From Tubiluchus corallicola (lineage: Eukaryota > Animalia > Priapulida): a stretch of DNA of 64,000 bases. The stretch covers positions 62,001 through 126,000 of the forward strand of contig JAQGDQ010000310.1 in assembly GCA_030141605.1 (NCBI GenBank). Reading direction: 5' to 3'. Below are positions 40,601 to 52,600 of the stretch, piece by piece (positions within the stretch are counted from its first letter, which is position 1; every line of letters starts with the position of its first letter). The notes under the pieces were generated by a model that ran no database searches, had not been told where the DNA came from, and worked only from the letters and a program-made list of their open reading frames with translations. The position numbers and the translations under genes were made by a program.

Positions 40601-43600
40601 ACTAATTAGATGGGCACTAGCGCCTGCATCTGGGAAACACTTTGCACAAAAAATATGTGCCGTACCTCTCAGTACTGCGCCGTTAAGTTGTGACACAGTG
40701 CCCAAGTTTGAGAAGTCACGCGCGAGCACAGTGGTAAACTTAAAATTTGCGCAGTATTTGTATATAACACTTCAATTTTTGCTTTCGCGAGCACATGCAA
40801 CATGCCTGTGGAATGTTTTTGCTGTTGGAAATTATGTTCAGTTGTGATGTCATCACCAGTTTGGCTCGCTTGCTATTAACTAAATTTTTAGCCTCTTACC
40901 TAATTATCAGAAATGCTTTGGCGTTATTATAGGTGTTAAAATGTATGTTTACCATACTTCAAATTGGTATAGCATATGAAAAATCATACTGTTCTCCTTT
41001 AATTAATCTATTAATTAATGATTTTTTTGCTGTTTTCTCAACCTGTCATCATGAAAATGTTACTGGCTCTTTATTTTCTACACTGCACATCTATAATTCT
41101 TCGAAATCCATCGACTACTTGAAACTTTGTCACACATCACATGCACAGACAAATTAACGAAATCGGACTAAGACGTAACCTTCTTTGCATTACTCGTACA
41201 ATGTATTATTCTTTTGTGGCATTTGATACTTCGAAATAATGATAAAAATAATGATAATGATACGCCCAGGGAGAAAACAAGTGGGATTTTCCCCATAATG
41301 CATTGCGCTTGCATCAAAAGGATCGCAATTAGATTCTCATTACGTTTTGTTTTGCGCTGCAGAGAAAGCAAATCTATTGACGTCAAGTCTTAATGTTAAT
41401 GTAAGATATGCGTTGCATACATACTGACTCTGTAATAGCAGCTATTGTGTTTTTCAACGATAGTCGTGATAACGAGGGTCTCATTTAAGCTTTTCACCAT
41501 CTTTGCTATCATGAATTTCTCGCTTATGGATGAGAATGTAATGGTTGCTAATGGGACTGTGCAATAGCAGCTATTGTGTTTTCCAACGGTAGTCGTGAAA
41601 ACGAGGGTCTCGTTTAAACTTTTTACCATCTTTGCTATCATGAATTTCTTGCTTATGGATGAGAATGTAATGGTTGCTAATCGGACTGTGCAATAGCAGC
41701 TATTCCAAAGATAGTCGTGAAAACGAGGGTCTCATTTAAGCTTTTCACCATCTTTGCCATCATGAATTTCTCGCTTATGGATGAGAACGTAACGGTTACT
41801 AATGGGACGGTGGTCAGCGAAGAATCACAGGTTACTTCAACACTGTTGTTCATAAGCTCAATAGCATTGTGTAAGTAAAAAGTAATGATATAGTTTCCTG
41901 AGTTTATTATGAAGTCTTCTATAAGTTTTGAGAGACAAAGTTGGTGTCATTTGATGGTGAAGTTCTCGAAGTTTTGCACTAACCTAAACACAGTCGAATG
42001 AGAAAACACACATTTACTTATTTTCTGCTTTTTTATTTAAATAAATTTAAAGAATTATTTTTTTGTTAACGAGGGGTGGAACAAATGTTAAGAAGACGAA
42101 AATTTGGCCACCCTGATCAAGTGTTGTTTATTGTCATCCTCATTTCGCTTCAGTTTGTCAAAGTTCGTCCTTATATTTGTGACATGTATTTGCGTGGCAG
42201 TAAAACATTGTATAATTTTAACAAGCTCCAAATTTTTATTCTAAATTTCGTGATTCAGATTTTTCTAAACTGAAGCCAATTTCTCTAAACTGCGACTGCA
42301 TTAAACTGAGAAAGTTATTCTTTTGAATATTTTCGCAGTGATTGCAGACTTTATGGGTGTTTCTTATGCTCTTCTGTTTGCTGGAAGCGCCAATTTGGCG
42401 TTCGTCGACAGGTACTCATTGTTGACATTTGTGGCATGACTGAAAGCTAGCTCCTTATCAAGGCTAAGATGAGTCACTGAATCATCAGAGGTGTCATAGC
42501 AATGTTCAGATCAGAACACGTGTAACAAATAGTCATAATAAGTATGGTGAATGAAACTCTCAGAGCGAGTTTTGAACCTGGACCCCTTATGCAAAACATA
42601 TGCGTGTGACCACTCGGCCGTGTCTATCCAGCCTGAAATGGCAAGCATCCGAAACTATATCATTATTTCTGATTTGTTCTGCTTTAGTGATACTGTGTGT
42701 GGTCTTCGTCGTCTTGAACGCGTTTGCAGCTGTTGCATTTGTTGCCGTGGATTCCTTAAGAACGACCGCAAACGCCTTCTTGGCTAACCTTGCCGTAGCC
42801 GATACCCTGACTGGCTGCTTACTACTGCAGTTGTTTATCGTACGCGGAATTCTCGCGAAGGAAATGTCGCTACCTTACTGTGCCATGAATCTTGTTGGTT
42901 TTTTTACTAGTTTCACTGGTACTCTCGTCACCGAAATTCTGGTGTCAATCGACAGGTACCTCGCTGTCATCTATCCGCTGCATTATCCAACGATCTGCAC
43001 TTTTAAACGCGTCACGATCGTCATCCTTGCATCTTGGATCTACTGTCTCCTTATCGGCTTCGTCTCTCTGACCCGTTTGTTAGAGGAGCCCAAAAGACGC
43101 ATAGGAATTTGCTACATTATCGATGAGATCGACTCTCGATTCACATTTTTCTTTTTCACGCATTACGTGTTGTTGGTTGTCGTGATGATTTTTGTTTATG
43201 GGCGTATATTGAAGATTGTCTTGCGACACAGCAGACGCACGATTCCCGCTTTACCAGATCAGCAATCTACGGGGCTAAGCATGACGGAGCAGCTAAAATC
43301 TGCAGTGCTCGTTTTTACCGTAACTCTTATAGCAACTGTATGTTTCTTTCCGTTATTTTTTCACTCACTAATGCGTCATATAACAGGATCGCACGGATCC
43401 GGTTGGATTATGCGTGTTTCGCATTTCTTTGGAATTTTTAAAGGGATTTTGATTATGTTTGTGTATTTTTGGAAGGTGAAAAAGCTACGCGAGATCTTCT
43501 TGAAACTGATGTGTTGGAAGTACGGTGAAACTTACCTACCCAGTTCCAATCCTAGTAGCAATTGACAACCCCAAAAAGTTGCGACTGTCTAATCGTGTGG

Positions 43601-46600
43601 TTAACAAATTTCAAATTTATAATCGTGCGAGCAGAGAGGACACTGCAAGAGACACGAAAAACCTTAAGTATTTTAATAACAAGAGGTGTTGCTTTTTTCA
43701 TCTTTTTTGCTTTTCTGGATTGCCTTTAATGCTAAAGGCATATTGGTCTATTTCAAAGTGAAGATTAAGAAGTTTATCCACCATATATGTATAGAGGTAT
43801 GTTTAAAAAGTTCATTTAAAAGTGTTTTTAAGGTTTGTGTTTTAAAGATTTTGTCGCATGTGAGTGTACTACCTGTTGTGTTTAAAGATTTTGTCGCATG
43901 TGAGTGTACTACCTGTTGTGTTTAAAGATTTTGTCGCATGTGAGTGTACTACCTGTTGTGTTTAAAGATTTTGTCGTATGTGAGTGTACTACCTGTTGTG
44001 TTTAAAGATTTTGTCGTATGTGAGTGCACTACCTGTTGTGTTTAAAGATTTTGTATGTGAGTGTACTACCTGTTGTGTTTAAAGATTTTGTAGTATGTGA
44101 GTGTACTACCTGTTGTGTTTAAAGATTTTGTAGTATGTGAGTGTACTACCTGTTGTGTTTAAAGATTTTGTAGTATGTGAGTGTACTACCTGTTGTGTTT
44201 AAAGATTTTGTAGTATGTGAGTGTACTACCTGTTGTGTTTAAAGATTTTGTCGCATGTGAGTGTACTACCTGTTGTGTTTAAAGATTTTGTCGTATGTGA
44301 GTGTACTACCTGTTGTGTTTAAAGATTTTGTCGTATGTGAGTGTACTACCTGTTGTGTTTAAAGATTTTGTCGTATGTGAGTGTACTACCTGTTGTGTTT
44401 AAAGATTTTGTAGTATGTGAGTGTACTACCTGTTGTGTTTAAAGATTTTGTCGCATGTGAGTGTACTACCTGTTGTGTTGGAAGATTTTGTCGTATGTGA
44501 GTGTACTACCTGTTGTGTTTAAAGATTTTGTGGTATGTGAGTGTACTACCTGTTGTGTTTAAAGATTTTGTCGCATGTGAGTGTACTACCTGTTGTGTTG
44601 GAAGATTTTGTGGTATGTGAGTGTACTACCTGTTGTGTTTAAAGATTTTGTCGCATGTGAGTGTACTACCTGTTGTGTTTAAAGATTTTGTGGTATGTGA
44701 GTGTACTACCTGTTGTGTTTAAAGATTTTGTCGCATGTGAGTGTACTACCTGTTGTGTTTTAAGATTTTGTGGTATGTGAGTGTACTACCTGTTGTGTTT
44801 AAAGATTTTGTCGCATGTGAGTGTACTACCTGTTGTGTTTAAAGATTTTGTGGTATGTGAGTGTACTACCTGTTGTGTTTAAAGATTTTGTCGCATGTGA
44901 GTGTACTACCTGTTGTGTTTAAAGATTTTGTGGTATGTGAGTGTACTACCTGTTGTGTTTAAAGATTTTGTCGTATGTGAGTGTACTACCTGTTGTGTTG
45001 GAAGATTTTGTGGTATGTGAGTGTACTACCTGTTGTGTTTAAAGATTTTGTCGCATGTGAGTGTACTACCTGTTGTGTTTAAAGATTTTGTGGTATGTGA
45101 GTGTACTACCTGTTGTGTTTAAAGATTTTGTCGCATGTGAGTGTACTACCTGTTGTGTTTAAAGATTTTGTGGTATGTGAGTGTACTACCTGTTGTGTTT
45201 AAAGATTTTGTCGTATGTGAGTGTACTACCTGTTGTGTTTAAAGATTTTGTGGTATGTGAGTGTACTACCTGTTGTGTTTAAAGATTTTGTCGCATGTGA
45301 GTGTACTACCTGTTGTGTTTAAAGATTTTGTGGTATGTGAGTGTACTACCTGTTGTGTTTAAAGATTTTGTCGCATGTGAGTGTACTACCTGTTGTGTTT
45401 AAAGATTTTGTAGTATGTGAGTGTACTACCTGTTGTGTTTAAAGATTTTGTCGTATGTGAGTGTACTACCTGTTGTGTTTAAAGATTTTGTAGTATGTGA
45501 GTGTACTACCTGTTGTGTTTAAAGATTTTGTCGTATGTGAGTGTACTACCTGTTGTGTTTAAAGATTTTGTCGTATGTGAGTGTACTACCTGTTGTGTTT
45601 AAAGATTTTGTCGTATGTGAGTGTACTACCTGTTGTGTTTAAAGATTTTGTCGTATGTGAGTGTACTACCTGTTGTGTTTAAAGATTTTGTCGCATGTGA
45701 GTGTACTACCTGTTGTGTTTAAAGATTTTGTCGTATGTGAGTGTACTACCTGTTGTGTTTAAAGATTTTGTGGTATGTGAGTGTACTACCTGTTGTGTTT
45801 AAAGATTTTGTCGTATGTGAGTGTACTACCTGTTGTGTTTAAAGATTTTGTCGTATGTGAGTGTACTACCTGTTGTGTTTAAAGATTTTGTCGCATGTGA
45901 GTGTACTACCTGTTGTGTTTAAAGATTTTGTCGTATGTGAGTGTACTACCTGTTGTGTTTAAAGATTTTGTCGTATGTGAGTGTACTACCTGTTGTGTTT
46001 AAAGATTTTGTCGTATGTGAGTGCACTACCTGTTGTGTTTAAAGATTTTGTAGTATGTGAGTGTACTACCTGTTGTGTTTAAAGATTTTGTCGCATGTGA
46101 GTGTACTACCTGTTGTGTTTAAAGATTTTGTCGTATGTGAGTGTACTACCTGTTGTGTTTAAAGATTTTGTGGTATGTGAGTGTACTACCTGTTGTGTTT
46201 AAAGATTTTGTCGCATGTGAGTGTACTACCTGTTGTGTTTGAAGATTTTGTGGTATGTGAGTGTACTACCTGTTGTGTTTAAAGATTTTGTCGCATGTGA
46301 GTGTACTACCTGTTGTGTTTAAAGATTTTGTGGTATGTGAGTGTACTACCTGTTGTGTTTAAAGATTTTGTCGCATGTGAGTGTACTACCTGTTGTGTTT
46401 AAAGATTTTGTGGTATGTGAGTGTACTACCTGTTGTGTTTAAAGATTTTGTCGCATGTGAGTGTACTACCTGTTGTGTTTAAAGATTTTGTGGTATGTGA
46501 GTGTACTACCTGTTGTGTTTAAAGATTTTGTCGCATGTGAGTGTACTACCTGTTGTGTTTAAAGATTTTGTGGTATGTGAGTGTACTACCTGTTGTGTTT

Positions 46601-49600
46601 AAAGATTTTGTCGTATGTGAGTGTACTACCTGTTGTGTTTAAAGATTTTGTGGTATGTGAGTGTACTACCTGTTGTGTTTAAAGATTTTGTCGCATGTGA
46701 GTGTACTACCTGTTGTGTTTAAAGATTTTGTGGTATGTGAGTGTACTACCTGTTGTGTTTAAAGATTTTGTCGCATGTGAGTGTACTACCTGTTGTGTTT
46801 AAAGATTTTGTGGTATGTGAGTGTACTACCTGTTGTGTTTAAAGATTTTGTCGCATGTGAGTGTACTACCTGTTGTGTTTAAAGATTTTGTGGTATGTGA
46901 GTGTACTACCTGTTGTGTTTAAAGATTTTGTCGCATGTGAGTGTACTACCTGTTGTGTTTAAAGATTTTGTGGTATGTGAGTGTACTACCTGTTGTGTTT
47001 AAAGATTTTGTCGCATGTGAGTGTACTACCTGTTGTGTTTAAAGATTTTGTAGTATGTGAGTGTACTACCTGTTGTGTTTAAAGATTTTGTCGTATGTGA
47101 GTGTACTACCTGTTGTGTTTAAAGATTTTGTAGTATGTGAGTGTACTACCTGTTGTGTTTAAAGATTTTGTCGTATGTGAGTGTACTACCTGTTGTGTTT
47201 AAAGATTTTGTGGTATGTGAGTGTACTACCTGTTGTGTTTAAAGATTTTGTCGTATGTGAGTGTACTACCTGTTGTGTTTAAAGATTTTGTAGTATGTGA
47301 GTGTACTACCTGTTGTGTTTAAAGATTTTGTCGCATGTGAGTGTACTACCTGTTGTGTTGGAAGATTTTGTCGTATGTGAGTGTACTACCTGTTGTGTTT
47401 AAAGATTTTGTGGTATGTGAGTGTACTACCTGTTGTGTTTAAAGATTTTGTCGCATGTGAGTGTACTACCTGTTGTGTTTAAAGATTTTGTGGTATGTGA
47501 GTGTACTACCTGTTGTGTTTAAAGATTTTGTCGCATGTGAGTGTACTACCTGTTGTGTTTAAAGATTTTGTGGTATGTGAGTGTACTACCTGTTGTGTTT
47601 AAAGATTTTGTCGCATGTGAGTGTACTACCTGTTGTGTTTAAAGATTTTGTGGTATGTGAGTGTACTACCTGTTGTGTTTAAAGATTTTGTCGCATGTGA
47701 GTGTACTACCTGTTGTGTTTAAAGATTTTGTGGTATGAGTGTACTACCTGTTGTGTTTAAAGATTTTGTCGTATGTGAGTGTACTACCTGTTGTGTTTAA
47801 AGATTTTGTGGTATGTGAGTGTACTACCTGTTGTGTTTAAAGATTTTGTCGTATGTGAGTGTACTACCTGTTGTGTTGGAAGATTTTGTGGTATGTGAGT
47901 GTACTACCTGTTGTGTTTAAAGATTTTGTCGCATGACACCAAAGTATGAGTGTACTACCTGTTGTGTTTAAAGATTTTGTCGCATGTGAGTGTACTACCT
48001 GTTGTGTTTAAAGATTTTGTGGTATGTGAGTGTACTACCTGTTGTGTTTAAAGATTTTGTCGCATGTGAGTGTACTACCTGTTGTGTTTAAAGATTTTGT
48101 GGTATGTGAGTGTACTACCTGTTGTGTTTAAAGATTTTGTCGCATGTGAGTGTACTACCTGTTGTGTTTAAAGATTTTGTGGTATGTGAGTGTACTACCT
48201 GTTGTGTTTAAAGATTTTGTCGCATGTGAGTGTACTACCTGTTGTGTTTAAAGATTTTGTGGTATGTGAGTGTACTACCTGTTGTGTTTAAAGATTTTGT
48301 CGTATGTGAGTGTACTACCTGTTGTGTTTAAAATTTTGTCGTATGTGAGTGTACTACCTGTTGTGTTGGAAGATTTTGTAGTATGTGAGTGTACTACCTG
48401 TTGTGTTTAAAGATTTTGTCGCATGTGAGTGTACTACCTGTTGTGTTTAAAGATTTTGTCGTATGTGAGTGTACTACCTGTTGTGTTTAAAGATTTTGTC
48501 GCATGTGAGTGTACTACCTGTTGTGTTTAAAGATTTTGTAGTATGTGAGTGTACTACCTGTTGTGTTTAAAGATTTTGTCGCATGTGAGTGTACTACCTG
48601 TTGTGTTTAAAGATTTTGTGGTATGTGAGTGTACTACCTGTTGTGTTTAAAGATTTTGTCGCATGTGAGTGTACTACCTGTTGTGTTTAAAGATTTTGTG
48701 GTATGTGAGTGTACTACCTGTTGTGTTTAAAGATTTTGTCGTATGTGAGTGTACTACCTGTTGTGTTTAAAGATTTTGTGGTATGTGAGTGTACTACCTG
48801 TTGTGTTTAAAGATTTTGTCGCATGTGAGTGTACTACCTGTTGTGTTTAAAGATTTTGTGATGTGAGTGTACACCTGTTGTGTTTAAAGATTTTGTCGCA
48901 TGTGAGTGTACTACCTGTTGTGTTTAAAGATTTTGTGTATGTGAGTGTACTACCGTTGTGAAAGATTTTGTCGTATGTGAGTGTACTACCTGTTGTGTTT
49001 AAAGATTTTGTAGTATGTGAGTGTACTACCTGTTGTGTTTAAAGATTTTGTCGCATGTGAGTGTACTACCTGTTGTGTTTAAAGATTTTGTGGTATGTGA
49101 GTGTACTACCTGTTGTGTTTAAAGATTTTGTCGCATGTGAGTGTACTACCTGTTGTGTTTAAAGATTTTGTAGTATGTGAGTGTACTACCTGTTGTGTTT
49201 AAAGATTTTGTCGCATGTGAGTGTACTACCTGTTGTGTTTGAAGATTTTGTCCTGTCGAGTGTACTACCTGTTGTGTTTAAAGATTTTGTCGTATGAGTG
49301 TACTACCTGTTGTGTTTAAAGATTTTGTCGCATGTGAGTGTACTACCTGTTGTGTTTAAAGATTTTGTCGTATGTGAGTGTACTACCTGTTGAAAAAAAG
49401 ATTTTGTCGTATGTGAGTGTACTACCTGTTGTGTTTAAAGATTTTGTGGTATGTGAGTGTACTACCTGTTGTGTTTAAAGATTTTGTCGCATGTGAGTGT
49501 ACTACCTGTTGTGTTTAAAGATTTTAGGCGAGTGTACTACCTGTTGTGTTTAAAGATTTTGTCGCATGTGAGTGTACTACCTGTTGTGTTTAAAGATTTT

Positions 49601-52600
49601 GTGGTATGTGAGTGTACTACCTGTTGTGTTTAAAGATTTTGTCGCATGTGAGTGTACTACCTGTTGTGTTTAAAGATTTTGTGGTATGTGAGTGTACTAC
49701 CTGTTGTGTTTAAAGATTTTGTCGCATGTGAGTGTACTACCTGTTGTGTTTAAAGATTTTGTGGTATGTGAGTGTACTACCCTGTTGTGTTTAAAGATTT
49801 TGTCGCATGTGAGTGTACTACCTGTTGTGTTTAAAGATTTTGTGGTATGTGAGTGTACTACCTGTTGTGTTTAAAGATTTTGTGGTATGTGAGTGTACTA
49901 CCTGTTGTGTTTAAAAATTTTGTCGTATGTGAGTGTACTACCTGTTGTGTTGGAAGATTTTGTAGTATGTGAGTGTACTACCTGTTGTGTTTAAAGATTT
50001 TGTCGCGTGTGAGTGTACTACCTGTTGTGTTTAAAGATTTTGTCGCGTGTGAATGTACTACCTGTTGTGTTTAAAGATTTTGTCGCGTGTGAGTGTACTA
50101 CCTGTTGTGTTTAAAGATTTTGTAGTATGTGAGTGTACTAGATTAGATTAAATTAGATATGTGTGTATGTACTACCTGTTGTGTTTAAAGATTTTGTCGT
50201 ATGTGAGTGCACTACCTGTTGTGTTTAAAGATTTTGTCGCGTGTGAGTGTACTACCTGTTGTGTTTAAAGATTTTGTCGCGTGTGAGTGTACTACCTGTT
50301 GTGTTTAAAGATTTTGTAGTATGTGAGTGTACTACCTGTTGTGTTTAAAGATTTTGTCCTATGTTAGTGTACTACCTGTTGTGTTTAAAGATTTTGTAGT
50401 ATGTGAGTGTACTACCTGTTGTGTTTAAAGATTTTGTCGTATGTGAGTGTACTACCTGTTGTGTTTAAAGATTTTGTAGTATATGAGTGTACTACCTGTT
50501 GTGTTTAAAGATTTTGTCGCATGTGAGTGTACTACCTGTTGTGTTTAAAGATTTTGTAGTATGTGAGTGTACTACCTGTTGTGTTTAAAGATTTTGTCGC
50601 ATGTGAGTGTACTACCTGTTGTGTTTGAAGATTTTGTCCTGTGCGAGTGTACTACCTGTTGTGTTTAAAGATTTTGTAAGATTACGGAGATTGTTTGTAC
50701 GTTTGTGCTACAATTACATCGGGGACGTGGCATACCATTATAGACATCACGGAATTGTAATTCAGTGGCAGTAAAGGCTTAACATCGTTGCTGGGTATTG
50801 TCTTAACGCACTAAGCGAGTTGAATTCATGTTGTTTCTACTTGCCTCATGTTTATTGCAGTCTGCAAGAGTTTTAATAGCTCAAAAGATAGATTTATGGC
50901 TACAGAGGTCACATAGGAGAAACTTGTGGTAACAAGATTGTGGCAACAGTAAATTTGTTATCCAAGAGCCAAAGCTTCTGTAAAGTAATTTGTAAAAATA
51001 AATTCATGGCCATGGGAGTCACATGCATTAAAAGTATATATGACAAATAAAGATGCCTATGACTATGTGTTTACACAGCAAACACGAAAGTTTTTTGCAT
51101 AAGGTGTTTCTGCAGTCTTTATTTTCTAAAGAAGGAGGAAAAAAAACATAAAATTTGCAGTAATGTAATTTGAACAAAAACTACAGAAATTTGAACAAAA
51201 AAAATTACACAGAAAATTGCTATCTAATTAATAAACTTAGATTTACAAAAATCACTTACTTCATTCGGCTAGAGAGAGCACACTGTTTATGGTTTATGAA
51301 GCATGACATTAAATTTCTCATATAAAAATTGCATTATCCACCAATTACAAGTAAGTCTCTGCAGTAACCAGTTGAGTCTGCCAGCAATTGCCCACTTGTC
51401 CCCTTTAGTTTTTGGCTCCCTCATGCGGGAAAAATAAAAAACGAATTATATGGGTAATTGGGTAATTTGCCCATAACACTATGACTATGTCTGTTTGAAT
51501 CTTCATACAGAAGTTTCTATTCATTCCGTCCTTTTGTTTGCTTTAAAATTTCAAGATCGTCCTAATGTGAACGTGAATTCAATGGTGTCCTTCAACTGTT
51601 TATTAATGACGTTAAACGCAGCTAAAATTGACTGTGTTTTGAATTCGGCGAAAATGTTTATAGCCGTTGTTCTCCAAACGCGGTGAAAATAGTTCAACTC
51701 ACCGCAGTACTTTCATCATCTCTGTAATGTGTGTGAAAGCGTAAAAGTAAAATGTGTATTTTGTCTCGTATAATGAAGGTAATTAACAATGTTAACATCT
51801 TCATTGCTTTAATCGCAGCATTTGGCAGTAACACGAAAACACAAATTCAATTCAATTCAATTCAAAACGTGCATTTATTTCCATATTCATGATATAACCG
51901 AGGCAAGTAAATGTGTTTAATTATCACAATGGAAATAGGATGGCGAAAGACCAAGAAGGTCAACTAGTCAAGCCGTCCTTCAATGGATGTATGTGATTAT
52001 TGGGATGACACTGTAACTATTTCACTCATGAATAGTAGTGAAATTACATTATTACTATTTTACTTAGCAACTTGATCTGTTTAAAATTCACTAATCAACT
52101 TTAAATAACTGAAGGATGAAAATGCAATCAAAAATATCTAAACATACAGGAAAATGATGAAGAAAAAGCAATGGTAAGTAAAAGCCAAATAATGTGATAC
52201 AAATGAATATAAAAATGATCAAAATTCAAGCTGTCATATCGTTCATGCATAACTCAAAATGAGAAAAACATGCAAAATAATAACAATAGTATTAAATAAA
52301 AATAATAAAAAACAAATTAAATAAAATGAAAAGCAAGCTAGCCAAACAGAAATTTAAATAAACTTTCAAATAGGGAACTGAATCAAGCAGATACAGTTTC
52401 TTATAAAGATGCAAAATGAATTCTAGCGCGTACATTGCTAAAAGAATAATTAAATTATCAGGGGTGTCAGTGGGGATAGTGGGGCGGCCATCTTTCCAGC
52501 TGTGCCTCGGGGGGGGGGGGGGGGGCATAAGTGTCCTTTTCTAAAAATCACCGTTAAAAGTACAAAGGCTAAATCATCATCCAAGCAGTGAGAAATATAA

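Noticed and set aside
43836-50677. CRISPR array or coding repeat
   Set aside because: No spacers; frames interrupted by stops in most units.
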